Origin: a virus
Reading direction: 5' to 3' (one strand)
Length of the DNA stretch: 64,000 nucleotides
Virus record (IMG/VR): IMGVR_UViG_3300010244_000001
In this document: positions 21,001 to 30,018 of the stretch, piece after piece
How the letters are laid out: each line of letters opens with the position of its first letter
How positions within the stretch are numbered: position 1 is the stretch's first letter
The notes under the pieces: model-generated
The model's input: the letters and a program-made list of their open reading frames with translations, nothing else
Databases searched by the model: none
What the model was told of the DNA's origin: nothing
Program-made: the position numbers and the translations under genes

Positions 21001-21722
21001 TTTTAAGTTCCTCCCTTAAATTTTTCTTAACATAACTTTGAACAACTTCATGTAAACTGTTTCTTGTATCTGTGTCTAACTTATGTTGCTTGTAATTAGG
21101 CTTAATTTTGTCAAATACTTCGTATTGTCTACCTAGTTCAAATTTAATACGTCCCTGAGATACGTCACCTTTCTTGACCTTTAGCAAGTGTTTTCTTGCA
21201 TTTTCATTTTCCCCGTAGTAAATTGCACTTTTAAAATCATTGAAGTTGGTAACTAAGAACCTTACCATGAAATCTGATACCCTCATTGCAGATGAAGCTG
21301 CCTTAAAGGCTTTATCTTCATTTTCCGTACCTATATTTTTATGATACTTCTTATTTTCTTGATGGAACATACCTCTACAAGCATCATATAGGTAAGGTAA
21401 ATTCATTCGTGCAATTGGACCTCTATTTGCAAGTAACTCACGACACAAATCCGAATCATATGTTTCAAAGTCTTCACTAAACAATACTTCTAAAAAGGTA
21501 ATATTACTCTTAGTTAACAAGTTTGGTAGTTTACGAATATCGTGAAAACTGTGGTCCTCTGTTGGTGTTACCGAACCTTTTTTTAACTTCCTTACCATTA
21601 TACATGTCGTCAAAAGTAGGGTAAACAAACGTCTTGTAATCCAAATCAGATGTTTCTAACTGTAAATTATAATTATGTGAACCTGTTAAGGCTTTAAATA
21701 CCTTTTTGTTATCTACCATCAT
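20987..21722 (-). pseudogene. pol-beta-type nucleotidyltransferase-like gene split by a frameshift at an A7 run
   Basis: N-terminal ORF (21531..21722) has LTGSHNYNLQLETSDLDYKTFV (GS...DxD); it joins 20987..21628 if one A is removed or added at minus-strand A7 (plus 21578-21584): ...NGKEVKKGSVTPTEDH... Confidence 0.55.
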
Positions 21723-21742
21723 TATACATCTCCTCTACTGAA

Positions 21743-21931
21743 TCATTCGAGACCTAACTTACGTACAGCTCTTTCTTTCGCATATTCTTCTCCAGTAAGT
21801 TTCTTATATACCTGTTTATTTGTTAAGTATACTTCTGGAAGTAAACCTTCACGTTTGTCTTTTGAAGTATCCCATGCAATTAAGTTCCTTGCCACAATAC
21901 TTACCATTTCTTTTTCTGTCACAGTGGTCAT
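21743..21931 (-). CDS. hypothetical protein, 62 aa
   Basis: ORF in block. Confidence 0.55.
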   Translation of the reverse strand: MTTVTEKEMVSIVARNLIAWDTSKDKREGLLPEVYLTNKQVYKKLTGEEYAKERAVRKLGLE

Positions 21932-22009
21932 CTCCTATCCTTCACTATTTCTTTCCCTCAACCAATCTGGTAAAAACACATCATCTTTTACTTCGGTATG
22001 GGGAGTTGT

Positions 22010-22153
22010 CTATTTACACATAAAACAGTGCAAATGCTTAACGTGGTACTTTTCTTTTAATTTACTCTGCCTACGTTGAATCGTCAACAGATTGCCACAC
22101 TCCTCACATTTTAACGTTGTTGGAGTAATTTTTGTTTTACTTCCTGCAGCCAT
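22010..22153 (-). CDS. 47-aa zinc-ribbon-like peptide (below track cutoff)
   Basis: SD AGAGGAGGTG; MAAGSKTKITPTTLKCEECGNLLTIQRRQSKLKEKYHVKHLHCFMCK*. Confidence 0.5.
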   Translation of the reverse strand: MAAGSKTKITPTTLKCEECGNLLTIQRRQSKLKEKYHVKHLHCFMCK

Positions 22154-22216
22154 AATCTGATTCTACACCTCCTCTTTCTCCTGTTGCCTTTAAGTATGTA
22201 TGTTCAGAGTAATTAC

Positions 22217-22246
22217 ACTATAACATAGACTGTAACTAAAAGTCAA
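22217..22246 (-). promoter_or_regulatory. sigma-A-type promoter (minus strand)
   Basis: minus sense TTGACT-N18-TATAGT preceded by TGt. Confidence 0.65.
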
Positions 22247-22297
22247 CACTATTTTGTATATTTTTAAAGAAGGACTCCCCTAGCCCTTCTAACTTAA

Positions 22298-22867
22298 TTA
22301 TAGCATATTACCATACTTATCTCGGTTTCTTCGTAACTTCTCATAACAAGCCTGTATGACCTTCGCATCATATAAAGCTGAATGTTTATTCCCTTTAATT
22401 GGAGTATCAATAAATGCTTCCCTACTAATATCAGGGTCGATACCGTGAACCTTAAATAAAGGAGCGATGTCTAGAAATATATAATTCACGTTATCTGGTA
22501 AGTCATGTGCTCCTCCAAGTAGCTCATTCATAAGTACTCCGTCATAGAATCCAGTGTCAAAATAGAACTCTACTCGTTTGAATTGCTTTAGCCACTCCCG
22601 TAAAGCCTTACTTATCTCTAAAAAAGTACCCTTAATAAAACTGGTATCTCCTGTAGTCTGCATACCAAAATTAAATTTATCGTTAAAAATAAGGTTGTCT
22701 ATAACATGCTCCTGAATAAAGTTATCAGGTTGGTGGTCTATTTGACCTTGACTAAAATCTGAGAACTCACAGTAAAATTCCTTCCCATTGTCTGCTACAA
22801 TTCCTAAGCTTACTGGTGTTGTGTACTGGTGTAACCCAGTAAATTCAAAATCTGCATAAAGATTCAT
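22298..22867 (-). CDS. DnaQ-like DEDDh 3'-5' exonuclease, 189 aa
   Basis: ADFEFTG (Exo I DxE) and HSALYDAKV (Exo III H-x4-D). Confidence 0.65.
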   Translation of the reverse strand: MNLYADFEFTGLHQYTTPVSLGIVADNGKEFYCEFSDFSQGQIDHQPDNFIQEHVIDNLIFNDKFNFGMQTTGDTSFIKGTFLEISKALREWLKQFKRVEFYFDTGFYDGVLMNELLGGAHDLPDNVNYIFLDIAPLFKVHGIDPDISREAFIDTPIKGNKHSALYDAKVIQACYEKLRRNRDKYGNML

Positions 22868-24297
22868 ATTGCTACCTCCAATTCGTTTTCTTCAGCAAAT
22901 TTATTTAGAGCCTTTCGTTCATCTTCATTAGGTAGTCTATTAAACTGTCCTCGTGCTTGAGAAAGTTGCTTGTTACGTACCTCTACAGTTACCAAAGGCT
23001 CCTCTAAGTCTTTATTATCTCTAAGGAACATAATCTCTGTAAACCCATTAACAACCTGTTTAATGTACGAACCAACGCAGTGAGATAAGGCGTTCCCTTT
23101 AAACACAAGGTCTTTAGTTATTTTTGGTGTTACAATTGAATAGTCTTTGTTAACTTTACTCTCATAGTCTCTATATCTATTCGTAGCTTTTTCAAATTTC
23201 TCATTTTCTATCGTATTCGCAACTGCATCATAATTACGTTTTATAATATCGTGGTATGTTTTTAGAAATCTTGGGTACCTGTCGAATCGTTTGTAATCCA
23301 TATCTTTACACATACGGTAGTAGTCTCGATACTGCATTAATGCTTCGGTAAACTCCATTCCCTGACTTAGCAAGCACTCAAATAATAAGTATTCCATTAA
23401 TTTCTTTGGGTTCGGAATGCTGTACTCTGTAATAAACCCGAAGAAGGTATTACTGAATATAGGGTTGTCCCTTTTTAATTTTCGCAAAGAGTCTGCGTAT
23501 TCCTTAATTCCATTTCTAAATAGGAAATTATTCAACCTTCCGTCAATATTATAGTGGTCTTGGCTCTCCAACTTTTTAATTAACTGAATATAGCTCCTAA
23601 AATCGTCAATATGTTTCTGTTCAAACTCACTAACATCTCTTATTAGAAACGGTGTAATAGGTTCATCAGACTCTTGGATAAACTTCAATTGGGATTTTGT
23701 CAACCCAAAAATTTGATGTAACTTTCTTGTATTGTTCATGCTTGCTTGTTTAATCATATTCCTTATTCCGTTATGACTCATCATTTTTATGTCCATTCCT
23801 GCTTTATATATGAGTTCTAATTTGTTGTACTCTGTCATCAACCGAATTAAAGCTCGTGAAGACATATTAACCCTTTCATCTCCAAGAGAACCAATAACAT
23901 CCACCATTTCCTTATACATACCTTCATTTTCTTTTACAGATACCATTTCAAAGAATTTTTCTACTTTTTCCTTAGTACCTTCCTTGTCCGTAACAACACC
24001 TTGTACCACATACCAAGGTTTTCTATCTTTCTCTCGTGGGATTACTGTATCTAAGTTTGATACAGAGAACTGGACTTGTCTACCGTTCCTTACGATATGA
24101 TACTCCTTGTTTCTCAAATCATACAGCATTTCTGTTAGAATCGTTTTACCTTTGCTAGTATCATAGTATGTAGCGTAAAAATGAAAAGAATATGGAGTTT
24201 TCTCAATCATGTAATAGCTAGTGTCACCAATCTGTTGTGTAAGTTCATATTTTCCGTCTTTAATAGCATTTAATACGTCTTTAAATGTGTGTTTCAT
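22864..24297 (-). CDS. hypothetical protein, 477 aa (PcfJ-like C-terminus, low confidence)
   Basis: long ORF; ALSHCVGSYIKQV motif recalled from PcfJ-like proteins. Confidence 0.75.
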   Translation of the reverse strand: MKHTFKDVLNAIKDGKYELTQQIGDTSYYMIEKTPYSFHFYATYYDTSKGKTILTEMLYDLRNKEYHIVRNGRQVQFSVSNLDTVIPREKDRKPWYVVQGVVTDKEGTKEKVEKFFEMVSVKENEGMYKEMVDVIGSLGDERVNMSSRALIRLMTEYNKLELIYKAGMDIKMMSHNGIRNMIKQASMNNTRKLHQIFGLTKSQLKFIQESDEPITPFLIRDVSEFEQKHIDDFRSYIQLIKKLESQDHYNIDGRLNNFLFRNGIKEYADSLRKLKRDNPIFSNTFFGFITEYSIPNPKKLMEYLLFECLLSQGMEFTEALMQYRDYYRMCKDMDYKRFDRYPRFLKTYHDIIKRNYDAVANTIENEKFEKATNRYRDYESKVNKDYSIVTPKITKDLVFKGNALSHCVGSYIKQVVNGFTEIMFLRDNKDLEEPLVTVEVRNKQLSQARGQFNRLPNEDERKALNKFAEENELEVAI

Positions 24298-24329
24298 CTA
24301 TAACATCTCCTTTTTAAGTCTGTAACATT

Positions 24330-24358
24330 ACTATAACACACAGAAAAGGACAAGTCAA
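24330..24358 (-). promoter_or_regulatory. sigma-A-type promoter overlapping a terminator hairpin
   Basis: minus sense TTGACT(24358-24353)-N17-TGtTATAGT. Confidence 0.65.
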
Positions 24359-24371
24359 CATCGACTTGTCC
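24342..24371 (-). terminator. rho-independent terminator
   Basis: GGACAAGTC(24348-24356)/GACTTGTCC(24363-24371), minus-sense TTTTCT after the stem. Confidence 0.7.
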
Positions 24372-24392
24372 ATTTATTTCCTTTTAATTTAT

Positions 24393-25436
24393 TTAGTTGC
24401 CTTTTGTATACAAGTGTTTTTTGAAACCTAATACAACTGCTCTATCACTTAACTCTTCAATATCGTACTCACTATTAAATGGCAGTTTCTTCAGGTAGAA
24501 CCTCATAAGTTCAATTTCAGAATCCGTATAGCTATTCTTGTTACGTAGTTCTTTTTCGATTTCCTCCATAAGATTGATATTCTCATGAGTTACTGTTTCA
24601 TCGAAGTCTTCCACCTTATTATGAAGGTCACTACCTGAAAAAATTAACTCTCCATCTTCCCATATAGTGAGGATACCACTTTCCTCTTCTTCATCTAAAT
24701 CTTCGCAATAGCAGTCGGAGTAATCGTTACATCCACAACTGGGCTCTTCGTCATCATCATCGTCTTCTTCATCGTATATACCTAAATAACGTGGGAGGTC
24801 ATCCGGTTCGGTAAATTGATATTCCGTACCATCAACTTCAATCACTACGGTGTCACCTTCAAAAGCAATACTTCCTTGTTTCGTCTCACCATCAATAATT
24901 ACAAAGAAGTGAGCGATACCAACTCCCTCTCTAACAGTTTCAACAGCCTTTTTCAGTTCCCCTTTAAATTTTTCCTTGTAATCCTCTTCTGAATTGTTGA
25001 AACCCAAGTTATCAATTACATAACCCACATAGTCTTCAATTGTTGCAACTGGCACTCCGTCTTCTTCCTCTTCAGTGTCTCTATCTAAGAGGGTACCGAA
25101 AATTTCAGAGAATGCATCTACGTAATCTTGAGTATCTTTAACTAGTCTGTCGTATACATTCTCGGGCTTGTCTAGAAGGGAGGTCAATTTGAAATCTACA
25201 TAATCGGATTTAACACTATTATCAAAATACTCTCCTGCTGGTTTAATTTTACCTTTCTTAGCTTTCAAGTCTTCGTCCTCGATGTAATCCACAAAACCTT
25301 CCATGTATGTAAGAAGTTCAATCGCTTCTTCCTGTAAATCCTGTGATTCTACTGTATGACCTAGTTCTACCATTTTACGAATACTTGACGCATAGGCATA
25401 AACATCACTTACATATTTTTTTAGTTTATCGTTCAT
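24393..25436 (-). CDS. hypothetical acidic protein, 347 aa
   Basis: long ORF, D/E-rich, CGCNDYSDCYC cluster. Confidence 0.75.
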   Translation of the reverse strand: MNDKLKKYVSDVYAYASSIRKMVELGHTVESQDLQEEAIELLTYMEGFVDYIEDEDLKAKKGKIKPAGEYFDNSVKSDYVDFKLTSLLDKPENVYDRLVKDTQDYVDAFSEIFGTLLDRDTEEEEDGVPVATIEDYVGYVIDNLGFNNSEEDYKEKFKGELKKAVETVREGVGIAHFFVIIDGETKQGSIAFEGDTVVIEVDGTEYQFTEPDDLPRYLGIYDEEDDDDDEEPSCGCNDYSDCYCEDLDEEEESGILTIWEDGELIFSGSDLHNKVEDFDETVTHENINLMEEIEKELRNKNSYTDSEIELMRFYLKKLPFNSEYDIEELSDRAVVLGFKKHLYTKGN

Positions 25437-25468
25437 CTTATCTCCTCCTATTTTTTTTTATCTAAACA

Positions 25469-26164
25469 TCAGTCTGGCATTTCGTCTACCCAAGAAGAGA
25501 AGTATCCTCGATGGTTGACAGAAAGGTTGGCAAAGTCCACGTCAGTAAATGTATCTGATTCTATCCCTCTTTTAAAATGGTGTTTTAACTTGGAGAAACC
25601 AGAATCATTTACGTCTATGTCAATTTGACCATTGTGACCTGCCATTAGTATATAGCAGTCATCTTCCAATCTTGTTAGAGTTTTCTTGATTTCTTTCGGT
25701 TTCCCGTTCTGAATTTCATCCACTATAACCCCTTTGTTTTCAAGTGTCCTACCTCTAAGGTATGTATGAGCTACTACGTTATAGTCACCTTCAAAATCCT
25801 CATCACAAATTCTATCAATATCTAAACCTTGAGGGTTAACACCAGCCCTTACCAATGCTTCTATAAAAGGTCTCGCATACTCTTTTATTTTATCAGAAAC
25901 GTCACCCGGTAGGTATCCTAGAGATTCCTCCTGTACAGGGAACACAACATAGTAAATCCCATTAATATGTCCCTTATCCAATAGAGCTTTCATTGCTTGG
26001 GTTGCAACTGTTGTCTTTCCTGACCCTGTTCTGGAGTCCACAACAACTCGACCTTTTTTATACAGTTTGTTAACCATATCTTCTTGGTCTCTATCTAATT
26101 TGTTCTTATACGGGAAATCCCTTTTAGTCAGTTTACTCAAATCCAATGGTTCTTTATTTGCCAT
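25469..26164 (-). CDS. PhoH-like ATPase, 231 aa
   Basis: Walker A SRTGSGKTTVA; Walker B GVIVDEIQN. Confidence 0.7.
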   Translation of the reverse strand: MANKEPLDLSKLTKRDFPYKNKLDRDQEDMVNKLYKKGRVVVDSRTGSGKTTVATQAMKALLDKGHINGIYYVVFPVQEESLGYLPGDVSDKIKEYARPFIEALVRAGVNPQGLDIDRICDEDFEGDYNVVAHTYLRGRTLENKGVIVDEIQNGKPKEIKKTLTRLEDDCYILMAGHNGQIDIDVNDSGFSKLKHHFKRGIESDTFTDVDFANLSVNHRGYFSSWVDEMPD

Positions 26165-26293
26165 GAGATATCTCCTTTGACTTGTATAATTTCATTTTCA
26201 GTTTCTAACTACATTATACCATATCTGTATGACTCCCTTATTCAAGACTAGTTACACTGTAACATAACTATATATTACGGTCATCCCTTTTGT

Positions 26294-26323
26294 AAAAAAA
26301 AAATAACCCTTTTCAGGGTTATT
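26294..26323 (-). terminator. rho-independent terminator
   Basis: AATAACCCT/AGGGTTATT with minus-sense T10. Confidence 0.8.
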
Positions 26324-26333
26324 GTTCAACTCG

Positions 26334-27122
26334 TTACTTTTTTGTATATCCTCTTTCTTCTGCTAAATACAGTAGTGCAACTGCATCTGATACACTTAGT
26401 TCTCTTTTCTCGAGTGCCTCTCTCCACTGAGAAGAAAGTCCTTGGTCTTCCCAATTAAAAAGCTGTCCTTGAACTGCTTTATTAAGTGCGTGATTACTTG
26501 GTTGCAACATTTCACCTGTTCCTCCCTTAACTTCTTTTACTGGAGTACTACTTGTCCTTTTTAGGTTGAAAATCTTAACAACACCATTCGTATGACCGTC
26601 CGATATAACATCTACGAATTGGCTTTCTGTTACGGCGTCTCCATCTACACCATTACTATCGATAAACAGGTTTTCTGTTAGGATAGCGGATGGGATAGTT
26701 TGTCTTAGTACTGCGAAGTTAGCTTTCTTCGTACCTCTGTCTGGCGTATCCCATTTAGAAGTAATTGCTTTATAAATCTCCTCATGTAGAATAGATTGAC
26801 GTTGAGCGGTTGTAGAACTGGAAGATAGACCTTCGTAGATATAATCTTCATAACCGTTAGCCGAACCGTTGAAAGCATTTAGATGAATCGAAATAAATAG
26901 GTCTGCTCCTCCTTGGTTAGCTAAGTCTGAACGTTTTGATAAGCTCAATAAAGTATCATCGTCACGAGTTAACCTTACTTCTACGTTGTCGTATTGTTCT
27001 AATTTACGTTTCGTTTCTTTAGCAATGTCCAAGGCAATATCTTTTTCTTTAATGCCGTTACCGATTGCGCCAGAATCTCCTCCACCATGTCCGGGGTCTA
27101 GATACACAATCTTCTTACTCAC
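26334..27122 (-). CDS. N-acetylmuramoyl-L-alanine amidase (Amidase_3-type endolysin) with C-terminal binding region, 262 aa
   Basis: VYLDPGHGGGDSGA, LFISIHLNAF; GTG 27122 preferred because of SD AAAGGAGGT (track ATG 27158 lacks one). Confidence 0.85.
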   Translation of the reverse strand: MSKKIVYLDPGHGGGDSGAIGNGIKEKDIALDIAKETKRKLEQYDNVEVRLTRDDDTLLSLSKRSDLANQGGADLFISIHLNAFNGSANGYEDYIYEGLSSSSTTAQRQSILHEEIYKAITSKWDTPDRGTKKANFAVLRQTIPSAILTENLFIDSNGVDGDAVTESQFVDVISDGHTNGVVKIFNLKRTSSTPVKEVKGGTGEMLQPSNHALNKAVQGQLFNWEDQGLSSQWREALEKRELSVSDAVALLYLAEERGYTKK

Positions 27123-27237
27123 TATGGTGTACCTCCTTTTCTTCTGTATGGTCTTCACATAACGGTTCTGTATTGTTTTGGAAGTCTTTTTGTGCTACTT
27201 CGATTGTTTTCCCACAAACTGCACATTCTGTTTGCAT
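27115..27237 (-). CDS. 40-aa Cys/His peptide
   Basis: SD AAAGGAGGT before ATG 27237; MQTECAVCGKTIEV...PLCEDH. Confidence 0.5.
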   Translation of the reverse strand: MQTECAVCGKTIEVAQKDFQNNTEPLCEDHTEEKEVHHSE

Positions 27238-27280
27238 AACTTTACCTCCTTTACATATTTCTCTTATAATATAACGATAG

Positions 27281-27598
27281 CTAAACGATTCGAGTATCGA
27301 TTTCTTCAATTATTTCCGAAAATTTTGTATCTGCATTGAAATAAAAGACAAACTCTATACCTGATATGTTACTAGTCTCGTGTTTCTCAGCAGACACAGG
27401 ACAATTAAAGTCCTCTTGATTATTAATCGCTCGAGCTACACGAATAAAATTATCAGTCTCTTGAGCCTTGTCAATCATTAACTGAGAAGGGATAAAGACA
27501 GCGTGTTCTGTCCTCATCCTTCCTACTGTTTTTCGATTCTGGTAACGGGCAACTATATCCCTCAACTGGTTTAATAGGGGTTTACGTTCGTTACTCAT
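27281..27598 (-). CDS. hypothetical protein, 105 aa
   Basis: ATG 27598 close to the upstream stop 27591-27593 (GATGAGTAA arrangement). Confidence 0.6.
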   Translation of the reverse strand: MSNERKPLLNQLRDIVARYQNRKTVGRMRTEHAVFIPSQLMIDKAQETDNFIRVARAINNQEDFNCPVSAEKHETSNISGIEFVFYFNADTKFSEIIEEIDTRIV

Positions 27599-28349
27599 CA
27601 GTATCCTCATCCTCTTCTTGTGGTAGATTATTTTTAGCCCATTCTTCATAATTTTCGTTTCTTACAAAAGCAACGTTAAAAGCAATCTCTCCACCTTCAA
27701 TACCAGAATTAATTGGAGAAACCCCTGTAGGAAGGCTATTTGTACCGTCATCCGTAATTACTGTCACATCAGTACCAAGATTAACTACTTCTCCATTTGC
27801 TACACGGACCCCAAATTTTCCTTGCAATGTGTCCATGTTTAACCCAAAGTAAACAGCATTTCTAAAAATAGTTTTATGTACGTCTGGATTATCATGCCAG
27901 TTACTTACAATTTGTACAAGGTTAAACTGTTGTGTCTCGTCTGGTGATTTAGCAATAAGAAACTTGTAATCTTTAAAGTTCTCGTTAGCAAGGTCAGTTA
28001 ATAAATCTAATACATACTCATACTCATCTTCTGTAGGTTTCTTATTCATGAGATGAGATATAGATAAGTCATAGTTACTCTCGTTCATATCCTTACCTAA
28101 ATAGTCACCGATACTTATTTCCTTCATTTCATTTTCACTAATATCTTTATAGTTCTCTTTACTCATTCTTTCTTCCTCCTTCTTCATTATATGCTTCACT
28201 TCGTTAATAAATTTCTGAATATCAAATATGTACATTGTAGCTCTTAAATCGATTTGTCTAGCTTTGTACAATCCCACACCTACTGTAACTGTGTAAGCTA
28301 CCAAAGCTATTACACTATATATTATACCAAAAATATAAAACTCAGGCAT
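27591..28349 (-). CDS. membrane-anchored protein, 252 aa
   Basis: N-terminal TM FYIFGIIYSVIALVAYTVTVGVGLY. Confidence 0.7.
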   Translation of the reverse strand: MPEFYIFGIIYSVIALVAYTVTVGVGLYKARQIDLRATMYIFDIQKFINEVKHIMKKEEERMSKENYKDISENEMKEISIGDYLGKDMNESNYDLSISHLMNKKPTEDEYEYVLDLLTDLANENFKDYKFLIAKSPDETQQFNLVQIVSNWHDNPDVHKTIFRNAVYFGLNMDTLQGKFGVRVANGEVVNLGTDVTVITDDGTNSLPTGVSPINSGIEGGEIAFNVAFVRNENYEEWAKNNLPQEEDEDTDE

Positions 28350-28350
28350 T

Positions 28351-29313
28351 CTACGTACTTCTTTCTGTTTTATCTTCGGATTCGGTTTCTATTTCCCCAC
28401 TGATACCTAGTAGGTTTTTTAATTCCTCAGATTCGATTTCCCAAGAACCGTCATCTTGCTGTTCTAACCCTGATTGCATAAACACAGGTCTTGCTTCCTG
28501 CTGGTCTTCCATTTTTACTCCTTTATTTTCTGTAGAAGCTGTCTTCATAAGTTCAAAGAATCCTCTGGTAGCGACTCCTGATACTTGTCCATTAGAACGG
28601 TAGAAGTCCATTTTCAGATAGTCACCCTCTTCTGAATAACCAATAATACCTACAATGCCTCCGTCCTCGCCTTTGATGGATAAGTAAAATTGGGAGTTGT
28701 CTTGGAATGATTTGTTGCCTTGTGGCATATTTTTCGTTTCCACCTTCAGCTTTGCTACGTCCTTAGGGTCTGTTTCCTTTTCCCCACCAAAAATGTCCGT
28801 ATTTAATTCTCTTGCATGTCTAATCTGCGGTTGTTGTTCCTCCTCAGAACCACCAGACTCCTGCTCTCCTCCCTCATCACTGTTCGGGTCTTCCCAAACA
28901 GTTATTTCCATTTCTTTGCCATTACGAGTAACTGTTCGTTTCACAGGGACTAGCTTACTAAAATCTTTCTTTTCTCTTTTTGATAGTTCTTCTGGTTTTA
29001 AATCACAAGATTTAGCATATAGATACATGTCATACATTGAACTGAAACCGTACATATCTAATAAACCTCTGTATACCTTAGATAAGGATTCATTTCTTTT
29101 AATAACATCTTGCATATCCTTTACTTTCGTTATGGACTTTATAAAATTTGTAGTTATTTGAGATTCTTGTAACCCTGTAACGTCATCATTTTCTTTAACT
29201 ATCTCTTCTAAGTTACTGTTAGCTATATCAGTTAGTTTATTCATAAGTTTATCCATACCTGATTCGGATATATTGTACTTTTTTGGCAATTCTATAACCT
29301 CCTTATAATACAA
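28351..29313 (-). CDS. hypothetical protein, 320 aa
   Basis: long ORF abutting its neighbour. Confidence 0.75.
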   Translation of the reverse strand: MYYKEVIELPKKYNISESGMDKLMNKLTDIANSNLEEIVKENDDVTGLQESQITTNFIKSITKVKDMQDVIKRNESLSKVYRGLLDMYGFSSMYDMYLYAKSCDLKPEELSKREKKDFSKLVPVKRTVTRNGKEMEITVWEDPNSDEGGEQESGGSEEEQQPQIRHARELNTDIFGGEKETDPKDVAKLKVETKNMPQGNKSFQDNSQFYLSIKGEDGGIVGIIGYSEEGDYLKMDFYRSNGQVSGVATRGFFELMKTASTENKGVKMEDQQEARPVFMQSGLEQQDDGSWEIESEELKNLLGISGEIETESEDKTERST

Positions 29314-29350
29314 TTATAACATATGTTATACACATTTTCCAGTTTTAAAC

Positions 29351-29378
29351 AAAAAGAAAGGGACAATTAATTGTCCCT
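29351..29378 (-). terminator. rho-independent terminator
   Basis: palindrome AGGGACAATTAATTGTCCCT then minus-sense TTCTTTTT. Confidence 0.7.
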
Positions 29379-29390
29379 AATTATCTTTTA

Positions 29391-29975
29391 TTATGATGTT
29401 GTACCACCGCTACCACTATCTGAATGGTATCCTTCTAGTGTTTCAATTCTACTAATGATGTCATTATACTGCTGTTGTGTACCAAAACCATCTTGACCAT
29501 CGGTTCCGTATTCCCCAGCAGGACCTTGAGGACCCTGTTCACCTTGAGGTCCTTGGAGTGAATCTAACCATTCCTGCTCGGTACCTTCAAAACCGTTATT
29601 TACAGCTATTTCATAAGCTGAGTCTCCGTCTTCACCAGACGGTCCTTGTGGACCTTGTTCACCGTCTTGACCATCTACTCCGTCTTCCCCAGCAGGACCT
29701 TGGGGACCAGTTAAGTTCATCAACAGATTCCATCTACCGTTTTCTTTCTCATAGAAATCTCCGTTAGAAGTGTTAAGGTAGACATCTCCGTCTTCACCTG
29801 TGGTAGACTGTGGTACCGATTCTCCACTGCGTAAAGACATCCCTACCCCACCTTCAACAGCCAAGTTATTAACAACTTGTTCGAGTTTCATTAATTTCAT
29901 AGCAAGCGAATGTGTGTCATCGAGAGAGTTACCATACACTGTATCTCTGTCTTGTGGAAGTTTATCGTATATCAT
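29391..29975 (-). CDS. collagen-like (Gly-X-Y) repeat protein, 194 aa, possibly fibre-associated
   Basis: GPQGPAGEDGVDGQDGEQGPQGPSGEDG and GPQGEQGPQGPAGEYGTDGQDG. Confidence 0.75.
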   Translation of the reverse strand: MIYDKLPQDRDTVYGNSLDDTHSLAMKLMKLEQVVNNLAVEGGVGMSLRSGESVPQSTTGEDGDVYLNTSNGDFYEKENGRWNLLMNLTGPQGPAGEDGVDGQDGEQGPQGPSGEDGDSAYEIAVNNGFEGTEQEWLDSLQGPQGEQGPQGPAGEYGTDGQDGFGTQQQYNDIISRIETLEGYHSDSGSGGTTS

Positions 29976-30018
29976 TTATTTTTCAAATCTTTCTTATTCT
30001 ATTTATATAATATAGAGA

